From an uncultured Peptostreptococcaceae bacterium (GTDB taxonomy: Bacteria > Bacillota > Clostridia > Peptostreptococcales > BM714): a stretch of 64,000 bases of DNA. The notes under the pieces are model-generated. The model ran no database searches, was not told the DNA's origin, and saw nothing but the letters and a program-made list of their open reading frames with translations. Where the stretch lies: contig CAZTZB010000006.1 in the NCBI GenBank assembly GCA_964617505.1, positions 2,551 through 66,550 on the forward strand, read 5' to 3'. Both the position numbers and the translations under genes were made by a program. Below, one piece after another: positions 1-10,732 of the stretch; within the stretch, counting starts at the first letter, position 1, and each line of letters opens with the position of its first letter.

Positions 1-316
1 CATTTTTCCCTATCAGATTGGCATTACTCGTGGCTATGATCTGAAAATTCTCATTGATAATGAAAATTTCCTCTCTAAACCCCTTTGCCCATGTGTCTAT
101 GGTGTTTTGTATCTTATCCTTCTCCTCATCCAGGTCGTCATATGGAGCAACCGACGGTAAAATATAATCGTCGGCAATCCTATTTAATTGGTCACTGACT
201 GCGTTCAAGTGGTATTTCTCGAATTGGTCCACTATATAAACACCAACAATAGCCATTGCAATGAAAACCAAAAGAAAGTATATGATTATGAATCGCCATC
301 TTATGCTTTTAAACAT
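1..316 (-). CDS. Sensor histidine kinase, N-terminal part only (gene runs off the left edge); WalK/YycG-like by context
   Basis: My own minus-strand translation from the ATG at 316 gives MFKSIRWRFIIIYFLLVFIAMAIVGVYIVDQFEKYHLNAVSDQL..., a TM helix followed by an extracytoplasmic segment, open to position 1. It starts directly after the stop of the upstream response regulator. It is absent from the ORF track because it has no stop in the window. Confidence 0.55.
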   Translation of the reverse strand, partial: MFKSIRWRFIIIYFLLVFIAMAIVGVYIVDQFEKYHLNAVSDQLNRIADDYILPSVAPYDDLDEEKDKIQNTIDTWAKGFREEIFIINENFQIIATSNANLIGKN

Positions 317-1003
317 TTACTTCCTCCTGAAATAATAACCTACCCCTCTTTTGGTCAGCACATACGTGGGATTAGACGAATCATCCTCAATCTTTTCCCT
401 AAGCCTTCTTATAGTTACATCAACCGTCCTGATGTCTCCATAGTATTCATAGCCCCATACATCCCTAAGCAGCTGCTCCCTATTGAAGACCTGGTTTTCC
501 TGCGTAGCCATGAATTTAAGAAGTTCAAACTCACGAAGCGTAAGCTCAATGATTTCATCTCTTTTTTTAACCTCGTATTTGTCTATGTCAATTGCCAAAT
601 CCCCGGAAACTATTCGGCTCCCCGTATTTGTGGTGTCTATATTGACCCTTCTTATATTCGCCTTTACTCTAGCTATAAGCTCCCTCATTCCGAAAGGCTT
701 TGTTATATAGTCATCCGCTCCCAGCTCTAGGCCCAAAACCTTGTCAACTTCCTCTTCCTTGGCGGTTATCATTATTATTGGTATATTCATGGTTTCGCGA
801 ATCTTTTTGCATACCTGGAAGCCGTCCATCTTCGGCAGCATTATGTCGAGAAGAACCAAATCCGGATTGGATTGAAAAACTATTCGCAAAGCTTCCTCTC
901 CATCATAGGCAAGCAGCGCTTCAAATCCCTCTTTTTCCAAATTGTATTTGATTATGTCGGAGATCGGTTTTTCATCATCCACTATCAATATTTTCCTAGC
1001 CAT
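317..1003 (-). CDS. walR: OmpR-family response regulator, WalR/YycF-like
   Basis: The receiver domain reads ILIVDDEKPISDI...LLDIMLPKMDG...IIMITAK...GADDYITKPF, followed by a winged-helix C-terminus (TVDVTIRRLREKIE...VLTKRGVGYYF). It is closely similar to B. subtilis WalR as I recall it. Confidence 0.8.
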   Translation of the reverse strand: MARKILIVDDEKPISDIIKYNLEKEGFEALLAYDGEEALRIVFQSNPDLVLLDIMLPKMDGFQVCKKIRETMNIPIIMITAKEEEVDKVLGLELGADDYITKPFGMRELIARVKANIRRVNIDTTNTGSRIVSGDLAIDIDKYEVKKRDEIIELTLREFELLKFMATQENQVFNREQLLRDVWGYEYYGDIRTVDVTIRRLREKIEDDSSNPTYVLTKRGVGYYFRRK

Positions 1004-1072
1004 GGTTTTACCTCCAATTAATTGCTTTTCGTCTTGTTTTCATGATATCTTTTTAAGTGACCATTGTCCACA

Positions 1073-2242
1073 TTATTGTTGACAGCTAAAGGAATAGCTA
1101 AGGCTCTTCTCCTTTTCTACAAGCACTGTCCCCATTTCTTTTGAAAGAAGCGATATCTTGTTCATTATTTCTCTTAGCTTCTCGCCTTCCGGAACGATTG
1201 GCTCTCTTTTATCCTTCACATAAAGAGGATGCAGTGATAAGGATGTCATATTTCCCTGAACTATTTCGATTTCAGCGACCATTCCCTGTTTGTTGTTTTC
1301 ATCGTTCTGATCGAAGATATAGTTTCCAAGGCTATAAAAGATTGGCCGGTCTCTGTATATTTCTATACCCTGCAAAACATGGGGATGATGTCCAATTATA
1401 ATATCAGCCCCTGCATCTATGAGAGCATGGGCTATACGCCTTTGTTCATCCGTTTCCATGTTTGATTCCTCTATTCCCCAATGGAGTGAAACTGCAACAA
1501 GATCGACCCTGCTTTTTAGCTCTTTAACATCATCTATTATAGGAGCCAGATCCATTGGCGCAGTCCCCGGAAGGTCTTCTTCCGCAACAAATTTACGTTT
1601 TTCCTGGTAGCTCCAGAAATAGTAGGAAAACTCATTGTAGGCCAAAAATCCTATCGAAGTATCTCCCTTTTTAAAAATTTCAGGCTTCCTTGCTGCCTCA
1701 ATGTCCTTGCCTGCCCCGACATGACCTATACCTTCATCTTCAAGGAATGCTATGGTATCAAAAAGCGCCTCATTTCCATAGTCTAGTATGTGATTGTTTG
1801 CAAGCGAGAGAACCGAAAATCCGGCTTCCTTCAAAAGCTCCGCCTTGTCAGGAGATGCCCTAAGCCAAATTCCCTTGCCCAAAAGCTTTTGTCCCCTTTC
1901 AGACAGGGAACATTCAAGATTTCCGAAAAGCACATCCGATCTACTAAAAACACTTGCAAAACCTCTATATGCGCTCTCCCATCCATTATCGTCCAAAAGC
2001 CTTCCAACTCTTCTTCCAAGCATAATGTCGCCGGTTGCAGAAAGAACAATCTTTCTATCTTCAATAAAAGCTTTGTATTCATTCCAAAGCTTGCGCCCGT
2101 CTTCCAAGGAAATCGTGGACGGATTTGTTTGATTCTCGATCTTCACCAATATCTCAGAATTCTTGAAGGTTATTTTTCTAGCATCCGAAGAGCAAGCGGT
2201 CAATAGAATAGCAAGCGATAGAAGCATAATCAATTTTTTCAT
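1073..2242 (-). CDS. CapA-family (PGA_cap metallophosphatase-like) lipoprotein
   Basis: It has a lipobox signal (MKKLIMLLSLAILLTAC) and CapA-type motifs: SATGDIMLGR, LANNHILDYG, HWGIEE, GHHPHVLQG. Confidence 0.8.
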   Translation of the reverse strand: MKKLIMLLSLAILLTACSSDARKITFKNSEILVKIENQTNPSTISLEDGRKLWNEYKAFIEDRKIVLSATGDIMLGRRVGRLLDDNGWESAYRGFASVFSRSDVLFGNLECSLSERGQKLLGKGIWLRASPDKAELLKEAGFSVLSLANNHILDYGNEALFDTIAFLEDEGIGHVGAGKDIEAARKPEIFKKGDTSIGFLAYNEFSYYFWSYQEKRKFVAEEDLPGTAPMDLAPIIDDVKELKSRVDLVAVSLHWGIEESNMETDEQRRIAHALIDAGADIIIGHHPHVLQGIEIYRDRPIFYSLGNYIFDQNDENNKQGMVAEIEIVQGNMTSLSLHPLYVKDKREPIVPEGEKLREIMNKISLLSKEMGTVLVEKEKSLSYSFSCQQ

Positions 2243-2264
2243 TTACGCCACCTTTTTCTTAAAT

Positions 2265-2294
2265 ATTTAAAAACAGGTCCGAAGACCTGTTTTT
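2265..2294 (-). terminator. Rho-independent terminator after the M23 peptidase gene
   Basis: Minus strand reads AAACAGGTC-TTCG-GACCTGTTTTT, a hairpin followed by a T run. It overlaps the stop codon. Confidence 0.65.
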
Positions 2295-3528
2295 AAAGTT
2301 TGACATAATCTCTGGGGTTCTGGGGAACACCATTTTTTCTTATTTCAAAGTGGAGGTGCGGTCCTGTGCTTACCCCCGTATTGCCGCTTAGGGCAATCTG
2401 TTCATCCTTGTATACCCTGTCTCCCTTGCCAACTAAAATCTTGCTAAGGTGTGCATACCTTGTTTCCATATTGGCTCCATGGTTTATTATAACTAGGTAT
2501 CCGTAACCGCTTTGATACCCTGTATAGGTTACTACCCCTCCATCTGATGCGCGAACAGGTGTCCCTGTCGGCATTCCTATGTCTATCCCTTCGTGCCGCC
2601 TTCCCCATCGCCATCCGAATTCGGATGTTACATAACCTCTATTGGCAGGCTTCTGAAAAGTTCCTGTGCCAATCTTGGGAGGTGGATCCTTTGTCCCTTT
2701 GTATGTTATCTGAGTTAAGGGTTCCTTTGTTATTTCTTCACTCAAAACTTCTCTCTCATACTCAATTCCATTTGCCCGGACTATTTTTGCCTCTACCGTC
2801 CGTGCTCCGTCCTGCCCCGATCTTTTTATTCTGTATTCACCTTTATATATTCCCGAATTGTCTTCGTAAACAGTTTCGTGAGGGATTGCTTCATCGTAAA
2901 CCTTGTTTTCTGTCGTCATAACCGTTATAAAAGGCTTTGGCACAAGAAGATTCAACCTTTGCCCTATCTGGAGCGCCCTCGGAGAAACATCTGGGTTTGC
3001 CGCTTCCAAATCCGCAACATGTATTCCATAAAGTTCGGCTATCTTTCCGTAATAATCGCCTTTTTCTATTATATGAACCTTTTTCTCTTTTGTCCCGCGC
3101 TTTATGTATTCGAGGATTTCTTCACTTCCTCCAATCAATTCATGCGGTACCGCTTCCTCAACTATTTCCACTTTTTCCTTAAAATATAATTCATGTATAA
3201 CTACGCCATCTTCCCTTTCGGCAAAAGGTTTTATCAATGCCTCTAAAATTCCCTCGGCTTCAGCATGCGTTTTTAGCCCGGCTACTATCTCTCCGTCAAC
3301 TTCTATTGCGAACGACTGCAACCTTACCTTCAAGAGTTCTTCTACATCCCTCTTGATTTCCTGTGGATACATCGTTTCCATTACGCTATCAACTTTCGGC
3401 GTATCCGCATATGCCGACACGGGTCCCACTAAAGAAATTGCCAAGGCTCCCGCTAGGGCAATTGAAAATACTTTTGCCGCTTTCTCTGTTTTAATCAAGC
3501 CTTTTAAAAAGGTCTCTTTCTTTTGCAT
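2293..3528 (-). CDS. Secreted M23-family metallopeptidase with LysM and G5-like domains
   Basis: The M23 catalytic motifs are HEGIDI and GPHLHFEI. A LysM-like segment (HIIEKGDYYGKIAELYGI...ANP) and an N-terminal signal/TM segment are also present. Confidence 0.85.
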   Translation of the reverse strand: MQKKETFLKGLIKTEKAAKVFSIALAGALAISLVGPVSAYADTPKVDSVMETMYPQEIKRDVEELLKVRLQSFAIEVDGEIVAGLKTHAEAEGILEALIKPFAEREDGVVIHELYFKEKVEIVEEAVPHELIGGSEEILEYIKRGTKEKKVHIIEKGDYYGKIAELYGIHVADLEAANPDVSPRALQIGQRLNLLVPKPFITVMTTENKVYDEAIPHETVYEDNSGIYKGEYRIKRSGQDGARTVEAKIVRANGIEYEREVLSEEITKEPLTQITYKGTKDPPPKIGTGTFQKPANRGYVTSEFGWRWGRRHEGIDIGMPTGTPVRASDGGVVTYTGYQSGYGYLVIINHGANMETRYAHLSKILVGKGDRVYKDEQIALSGNTGVSTGPHLHFEIRKNGVPQNPRDYVKL

Positions 3529-3740
3529 ACTTAACCCCTATCACTCCATCTTTTTAAAAAAACAGAAAACACTCTCCCATTAAGTTCGACACTTTCCATG
3601 TTAAAACCTTTTTTTTGCCGAACACTTCATCTCTTTTGCCCAATCGCTAATTTATTTTTATCTATAGCTGTACACAATTGACAGATTCAGATATGTTATA
3701 ATAGCATATAAGACGAATTATTGCAATGGAAGGAGTTGCC

Positions 3741-4784
3741 ATGGCCTTTACAAAAAAAACAACGGAAGTCGATTTCGGTAGCACTTCCATAGAAAATATT
3801 TTTATAAACGACTTGATGCCGGGAGCCCCCGGCACATATGTAAAGGTATACCTTATGGGTTACAAGTATGCTTGCGACAAGGACCTTGGAATGAACTTCA
3901 GCAACAAAATGCTCTCTCGCCATCTTAATTTGACCGTCGAGGATGTGTTGGGAGCCTGGACCTTTTGGGAAAGCAAAGGAATAATAAGGAAAATACCATC
4001 AAACAAAACGGATGCGACTGATTTTTCGGTAGAATTCTTTTCCTTAAGGCAGCTATTTATCGACAATAATTTCAATTCAAACACCATTGCTCGTCCAAAA
4101 GCAGTTCTTGTGTCTAAGCGTAAAAGTCCTGAATCTCTGCGTTCTGACTCAGAAACCTCTAAAATGTTTGAAGCCATAGAGGACATAATCGGGCGTCCCA
4201 TTTCAGTCAATGAGGCAGTCGAGATTTCTGAATACATGGAGGCCTACTCAATGCACCCCGCAATGGTGATAGAAGCATATTCAACCGCAAGCGAAAAAAG
4301 AGGCATTCATACATCTAAATACATTGGCGGCATTTTAAAAAACTGGTTTGATAAAGGTGTCTTTTCTATCAAAGACCTTGAGTCAAGGAGAAACGAAGAG
4401 TCAATGCTGCAGTTCCAATACAAGCGCATATTCGATGCACTGGGTTTTTCAGGACGGAATCCATCCAAGGCTGAAAAAAAAGCGATGGACCAATGGCTTT
4501 CTGAATGGAAATTCCCAATTGACATGATTTTAAAAGCCTGTGAAAACACTATATATACTTCAAAACCAAGCATAAAGTATATACACAGCATACTGACTGC
4601 GTGGCAAAAGGATGGTATACAGACTCCTGAAGCCGTAGAAAAAAACAATGAAAAAAGAAAGGCGAGAACCTCTATCACCGCCTCGAAAAATGCAAACAAG
4701 TTTCATAACTTCAAACAAACAGCCCCAGATTATTCGGAAGATGAATTGGAAAAAATACTAAAAGAAATCAACAACCTAAAATGA
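3741..4784 (+). CDS. DnaD-domain replication initiation / helicase-loading protein
   Basis: The N-terminus and C-terminal DnaD-like repeats (YIGGILKNWFDKGV, YIHSILTAWQKDGI) fit this family, and it lies directly upstream of the DnaI-like ATPase. I moved the start to the ATG at 3741, which follows a GGAAGGAG RBS; the track start is 3726. Confidence 0.8.
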   Translation: MAFTKKTTEVDFGSTSIENIFINDLMPGAPGTYVKVYLMGYKYACDKDLGMNFSNKMLSRHLNLTVEDVLGAWTFWESKGIIRKIPSNKTDATDFSVEFFSLRQLFIDNNFNSNTIARPKAVLVSKRKSPESLRSDSETSKMFEAIEDIIGRPISVNEAVEISEYMEAYSMHPAMVIEAYSTASEKRGIHTSKYIGGILKNWFDKGVFSIKDLESRRNEESMLQFQYKRIFDALGFSGRNPSKAEKKAMDQWLSEWKFPIDMILKACENTIYTSKPSIKYIHSILTAWQKDGIQTPEAVEKNNEKRKARTSITASKNANKFHNFKQTAPDYSEDELEKILKEINNLK

Positions 4785-4794
4785 GGATGGTTCC

Positions 4795-5799
4795 ATGAAA
4801 AACAACTACATCAAAGATATCATAAAAGAATATGAAGAAATACGGAAAATAAACGAGCATGCTTTAGATCAAAGAAAAAGCGAGGTGTATGAGAAAATAC
4901 CCAGGCTTCGAAAAATTGATTCAGAACTAGCTTCAACAGGCGCAAGAATTGCGCGAGTTGCTCTGTCAGGAAGCTCCGATGTCGAATCCGAGCTTCAAAA
5001 TCTCAAGAACTATATTGCCTCAATCCGTAGGGAAAAAGCCTTTCTTTTAACCGAAGGGAACTTCCCTCTTTCTTACCTGGAGCTTCAATACGATTGTACC
5101 AATTGCCTCGACACCGGTTTTGATTCTTCCGGATTGCGTTGCAGCTGTTTTAAGCAAAAATTGATTTCAAAGGCCTATCGCATGTCCAACATCGAATCAA
5201 TACTCGAAATTGAAAATTTCAAAACTTTCAATCTCGATTTTTTCTCAGATGCCCCATACGGGGATGAAAAACTTTCCCCCAAACAAAATATGAGCCAGAA
5301 TCTAAGCATCTGCGAGGGCTTCACCCTTAATTTCAATAATCCAAAGGAAAAGAATCTGATACTCTACGGACAACCTGGCCTCGGAAAAACTTTCCTATGC
5401 AATTGCATAGCAAAAGCCCTCATAGACAAGGGGCACATCGTCGTATATCAGACAGCCTTTAAAATTCTCGAAATTCTTGAAAAACACAAGTTTTCCCGTG
5501 AAAAGGATTTTGCCGTGGAAATGGCATACGAACTTCTATTTGATGCAGACCTCTTGATAATTGACGATTTGGGAACCGAAATGGCGAATGCCTTTACGAA
5601 TTCAGAGCTCTTCAATATACTGAATTCAAGACTACTTTCTTCGAAAAAAACCGTCGTTTCGACAAATCTTTCACGCCTTGAGATGTCTAAGGTCTACAGC
5701 CACCGTATATCTTCAAGAATAAACGCCTACTATATGCCCCTTAAATTTTTCGGCAAGGACATACGATTGGTTTCGCAATCCAGAAAATATCAAAAATAA
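4795..5799 (+). CDS. dnaI: DnaI/DnaC-type helicase-loader AAA+ ATPase
   Basis: Walker A is GQPGLGKTFL and Walker B is LLIIDDLGTE. The N-terminal half carries a Cys cluster (CTNCLDTG...CSC) typical of DnaI. Confidence 0.8.
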   Translation: MKNNYIKDIIKEYEEIRKINEHALDQRKSEVYEKIPRLRKIDSELASTGARIARVALSGSSDVESELQNLKNYIASIRREKAFLLTEGNFPLSYLELQYDCTNCLDTGFDSSGLRCSCFKQKLISKAYRMSNIESILEIENFKTFNLDFFSDAPYGDEKLSPKQNMSQNLSICEGFTLNFNNPKEKNLILYGQPGLGKTFLCNCIAKALIDKGHIVVYQTAFKILEILEKHKFSREKDFAVEMAYELLFDADLLIIDDLGTEMANAFTNSELFNILNSRLLSSKKTVVSTNLSRLEMSKVYSHRISSRINAYYMPLKFFGKDIRLVSQSRKYQK

Positions 5800-5800
5800 A

Positions 5801-5835
5801 AAAGTGGAATCCTTTTACAGGGTTCCACTTTTTTC
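5801..5835 (+). terminator. Rho-independent terminator after dnaI
   Basis: AGTGGAATCC-TTTTACA-GGGTTCCACT forms a 10-bp stem with one G.U pair, followed by TTTTTT. Confidence 0.75.
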
Positions 5836-5982
5836 TATCGGCAAACTGCTCACTGCATGCTTTTTTTACTGTTCTGCCGACTCCGAATCAGATTGCCGGC
5901 TACGCCATTCTTGCTGTGTTACATCATTTGTCCTTCGGCTTTTCACTGCAAACTGCCCGCTGCATGCTGCCCGCTGTCTTTT

Positions 5983-7296
<1,314 letters not shown>

Positions 7297-7321
7297 TTAT
7301 TTTTTACGTCTAACCCATTAA

Positions 7322-7350
7322 ATATTAACAGAGTTTTACCATGCCGTCAA
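7322..7350 (-). promoter_or_regulatory. Putative sigma-A promoter of purA
   Basis: Minus strand reads TTGACG-N17-TAATAT, about 50 nt upstream of the purA ATG. Confidence 0.5.
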
Positions 7351-7404
7351 TTTTATACGAATCTTTTCCGTTTATTTTTGTAAAATATTCGATATGTCTT
7401 GCGG

Positions 7405-7438
7405 CAAAAAAGCGCTCCGCATAATTTGCAGAGCGCTT
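7405..7438 (-). terminator. Rho-independent terminator after the DUF1858 gene
   Basis: Minus strand reads GAGCGCT...AGCGCTC followed by TTTTTT. Confidence 0.7.
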
Positions 7439-7455
7439 GCTAAACTTACTTATGC

Positions 7456-7662
7456 TTACTTGCTTTCCAAATAAGCATTTAAATCATCTATTAGTTTATC
7501 TGCATCTATACCATGTACTACAGCCGCTTCACTGATTTTTTCGCTACTTGAAACCGGGCATCCTATACAGTGCATTCCATGCTTCATGAAAATCGCTGCA
7601 GTTGCTTGGTCAATATCAAGAACTTCAGTTATTATCATATCCTTTGTTACTTTTTCCGCCAC
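7456..7662 (-). CDS. DUF1858 / hybrid-cluster-protein-associated redox disulfide domain protein
   Basis: This 68-aa protein carries MHCIGCP...AAVVHGID, the pattern typical of this small family. It has a GTG start after a GGGAGGTG RBS. Confidence 0.65.
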   Translation of the reverse strand: MAEKVTKDMIITEVLDIDQATAAIFMKHGMHCIGCPVSSSEKISEAAVVHGIDADKLIDDLNAYLESK

Positions 7663-7684
7663 ATTCTCACCTCCCAGTTAGCTA

Positions 7685-7712
7685 ATTATACCCTATTAAT
7701 AGTTTTTTTCAA
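7685..7712 (-). promoter_or_regulatory. Putative sigma-A promoter of the DUF1858 gene
   Basis: Minus strand reads TTGAAA-N16-TATAAT. The RBS and GTG start follow within about 25 nt. Confidence 0.5.
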
Positions 7713-7747
7713 GTTTTTACGTGGATTTATTGCAAACAATTGTTCGA

Positions 7748-7777
7748 TTGTCCACATTATCCACAGATTTATCCACA
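7748..7777. promoter_or_regulatory. Cluster of three co-oriented DnaA boxes outside oriC
   Basis: Plus strand reads TTGTCCACA (7748-7756), TTATCCACA (7757-7765) and TTATCCACA (7769-7777). That is two perfect matches and one single-mismatch match to TTATCCACA. Confidence 0.75.
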
Positions 7778-7783
7778 AATTTA

Positions 7784-8395
7784 TCATTTTTGTGGGGAAA
7801 ACCACGATTCTTTATCTATGCTCATGGAATAGTATTGGCAAAATATTTGCCCGTCCTCATAGAATACATATGGATTTTTCTTCATTATTTCCCTTATCAG
7901 TTCTTCCTCTATTTCCTGCTCTTCGAAAGGCTCAACCGTTTCTTTTTCAATGATAAAACCACTCTTTAAATAGCTTCTAAATGCTCTTTCATTGAACTTG
8001 GCAACTTTCAAATTAAGCTTTTCCATCTTCATTTTGCCAAAATACATTTCCATAAAGCTCTTTAGAGCAATCGTGCCATAACCTTGGCCAATCCTTGCCG
8101 GGTCAAGAACTATTCCCAATTCGCTTATTCGCCGAAAATAATTGATACGCTTCATAGAAATATATCCTATTACATCGTTTTCCTGATTTATTACAGCAAA
8201 GCACTTTTTTCTGATGCCGGATGTTTTCACGTAGTGCCAAAGACTTCTTTCCCTATGTGAAAGTTTCGGAAAGTTGTAATGAAGAAAAAGCGGTTCGTCA
8301 TGGCTTCCCCACCTTGTCATGGATTCAACATCCTCGCGCTCGAGTTCTTTTATGGCAACATATTTTTTCAATGATACCGCTTCCCCTCGAATCAC
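7784..8395 (-). CDS. GNAT-family N-acetyltransferase
   Basis: It has an acetyl-CoA binding-type motif (RIGQGYGTIALKSFMEMYF) and the usual GNAT length. The start overlaps the dnaB stop by 4 nt. Confidence 0.7.
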   Translation of the reverse strand: MIRGEAVSLKKYVAIKELEREDVESMTRWGSHDEPLFLHYNFPKLSHRERSLWHYVKTSGIRKKCFAVINQENDVIGYISMKRINYFRRISELGIVLDPARIGQGYGTIALKSFMEMYFGKMKMEKLNLKVAKFNERAFRSYLKSGFIIEKETVEPFEEQEIEEELIREIMKKNPYVFYEDGQIFCQYYSMSIDKESWFSPQK

Positions 8396-9717
8396 ACCGT
8401 TCTTTGTATGTTGCCGAATTTAGTATACTTGCCTAGCCATGCCAAATTTACTGTTCCTGTAGGACCGTTCCTCTGCTTGGCTATTATGACCTCTCCTATG
8501 TTTTTCTTTTCAGAATCTTCATGGTAATATTCGTCTCTATAGAGGAACATAACTACATCGGCATCCTGCTCTATTGCCCCTGAATCTCTAAGATCGGAAA
8601 GTATCGGTCTATGGTCGCTTCTTTGTTCAGGAGCCCTCGAAAGCTGTGAAAGTGCGATTATCGGGCATTCAAGTTCTCTAGCCAATCCTTTTAGACCCCT
8701 CGAAATTGCCGAAATCTCCTGCTGCCTGCTCTCGCTCCTTGAATCGGATGACATCAGCTGTAGATAATCTATCAATACCAGGTCCAAACCCGACTCCATT
8801 TTAAGCCTTCTTGCTTTAGCCTTTATCTCCATAACCGTAATTCCAGGAGTATCGTCTATGTAGATTTTGGCTTTTCCAAGTGGAACAGTTGCTCCAGCCA
8901 CTTTTATCCATTCTTCTTCCGTCAATTTTCCAGTTCTTATTTTCGTAATCTCAACATGAGCTTGTGTACTTAGCATTCTTTGAACCAATTGTTCCTTTGA
9001 CATCTCCAAACTGAAGAGGGCTACTGATCTGTCATTTTTTATTGCAATACTTTGCGCAATATTTATGCCAAGGGCTGTCTTTCCCATCGAAGGCCTTGCA
9101 GCTATCAGAACCAAGTCGGATTTCTGCAAGCCAGAAGTCATTTTGTCAATATCGTGAAAACCCGTAGGAAGTCCTGTATAGCCACTTTCAGAGCCGGCAA
9201 GGAGCTCCATGTAATCTAGAGTATCCTGAAGCACATCCTTTACTATGGCAAAAGCCTGCGTGCTTTTCTTCTGAGATATTTCAAAAATCCGTCTTTCCGC
9301 TTCGTCCATAAGCATCTTGACGTCTGCTGATGAATACCCTTTGTCAACAATGACTTTCCCAGCATCTATGAGCTGTCTCAGTATCGCTTTTTCCTCTATT
9401 ATGTCGGCATAATACCTTGCATTCGCAGTAATTGGGACTGCATTTGAAAGATCGGTCAGATATGAAATGCCTCCAGCTTCTTCAAGAATTCCCACTTTTT
9501 TAAGCTCTTCGGAAACGGTGACAAGATCAACGGGTTCACTCCTCCCATACAAATCAAGCATCGCTCTAAAGATTTCCTTGTGATTTTCCTTGTAAAAATG
9601 TTCATCTTTTAGTTTTTCTGTTACTGATATAACAGCTTCACGGTCCAGCAGCATTGCGCCCAGAACCGATTGTTCGGCATCTATGTTGTGTGGAGGAATC
9701 CTTCCCAAATAATCCAT
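8392..9717 (-). CDS. dnaB: Replicative DNA helicase
   Basis: The N-terminus PPHNIDAEQSVLGAML, Walker A (ARPSMGKTA), LIDYLQLM and AKQRNGPTG are all DnaB-family hallmarks. Confidence 0.95.
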   Translation of the reverse strand: MDYLGRIPPHNIDAEQSVLGAMLLDREAVISVTEKLKDEHFYKENHKEIFRAMLDLYGRSEPVDLVTVSEELKKVGILEEAGGISYLTDLSNAVPITANARYYADIIEEKAILRQLIDAGKVIVDKGYSSADVKMLMDEAERRIFEISQKKSTQAFAIVKDVLQDTLDYMELLAGSESGYTGLPTGFHDIDKMTSGLQKSDLVLIAARPSMGKTALGINIAQSIAIKNDRSVALFSLEMSKEQLVQRMLSTQAHVEITKIRTGKLTEEEWIKVAGATVPLGKAKIYIDDTPGITVMEIKAKARRLKMESGLDLVLIDYLQLMSSDSRSESRQQEISAISRGLKGLARELECPIIALSQLSRAPEQRSDHRPILSDLRDSGAIEQDADVVMFLYRDEYYHEDSEKKNIGEVIIAKQRNGPTGTVNLAWLGKYTKFGNIQRTV

Positions 9718-9775
9718 CAGTTCACCTGCCTCGTTTCATTTATCTATTTCTTCTATATCAAAATATATATTCCCT

Positions 9776-10675
9776 TTATTCAACCTTGTTTTCTATGGTT
9801 CCAATTTTGTCTATCCAACATTTTACCGTGTCCCCGGATTTAATATATTTTGTTGGATTAAATCCCATTCCAACACCAGCCGGAGTACCGGTCAAAATAA
9901 TGTCGCCCCTTCTAAGTGTCATCCCTTTTGAAAGATCCTCTATTATGTCGGCAATATCGAATATCATTTGATCTGTATTGGAGTCCTGTCTAAGTTCTCC
10001 ATTGACCCATGCCTTCATGTCAAGTTTAATAGGAAACGGAATTTCATCCCTTGTCACTATCCACGGGCCCATTGGGGAAAACCCGTCCAGGCTCTTTCCT
10101 TTGAACCACTGTCTTTTATCCATCTGCATCTTTCTTGCACTAACATCGTTTGCCACTGTATATCCGAATATATGCTCTTCGGCTTTTTCACGCGAAATAT
10201 CTTTTCCCTCTTTGCCAATTATTATCGCCAACTCAACTTCGTAGTCAAGTTTGGATACCAATCCTTCATTTGAAGGAATAATATCCCCCTTACCCGTGGC
10301 AATCCATGCGGCTTTTGAAAAATAGATTGGTTCCTTCGGAGTTTCGAAGTTTACCTCTGGATAGGCCTTCTTCGATTCCCTAACATGATCCGCATAATTT
10401 GTACCCAAACAAATCAAATTTCTTACAGGATGGGGAATCGGCGCACAAAACTTGACCTTTTCAATAGCAATTTCATCGTACTCGAAGCGATCTCTTATCT
10501 CTTCTAGCGCTTTAATGAATTCTTCATCACCGTATTCGATAAGGCCGGCTATATCCATTTCAATTTCTATACCGCTTTTTTTAAGCAAATCCTTCAGTTT
10601 TATAACAGCCGTTTCATCTCTATTCAAGATACCGGCATATTCTTTTCCATCGCATAGATATGTCAAAAACTTCAT
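9776..10675 (-). CDS. Fumarylacetoacetate hydrolase (FAH) family protein
   Basis: FAH-fold motifs are present: DYEVELAIIIGK, GYTVANDVSAR, GKSLDGF, TGTPAGVG. I moved the start to the ATG at 10675 after an AAAGGAGG RBS; the track start is 10714. Confidence 0.8.
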   Translation of the reverse strand: MKFLTYLCDGKEYAGILNRDETAVIKLKDLLKKSGIEIEMDIAGLIEYGDEEFIKALEEIRDRFEYDEIAIEKVKFCAPIPHPVRNLICLGTNYADHVRESKKAYPEVNFETPKEPIYFSKAAWIATGKGDIIPSNEGLVSKLDYEVELAIIIGKEGKDISREKAEEHIFGYTVANDVSARKMQMDKRQWFKGKSLDGFSPMGPWIVTRDEIPFPIKLDMKAWVNGELRQDSNTDQMIFDIADIIEDLSKGMTLRRGDIILTGTPAGVGMGFNPTKYIKSGDTVKCWIDKIGTIENKVE

Positions 10676-10732
10676 TGAATCCTCCTTTACCTTAGAAAAA
10701 TGCATTCGATTCAAACTTTTGAATCCCCAATT

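Noticed and set aside
188-730. A 180-aa plus-strand ORF, along with many similar track ORFs, for example 483..710, 3104..3583, 52935..53507, 54981..55400, 57945..58532 and 63293..63742.
   Set aside because: These are shadow ORFs lying antisense to, or out of frame within, genes with unmistakable family motifs. Their translations are low-complexity and they lack RBSs.
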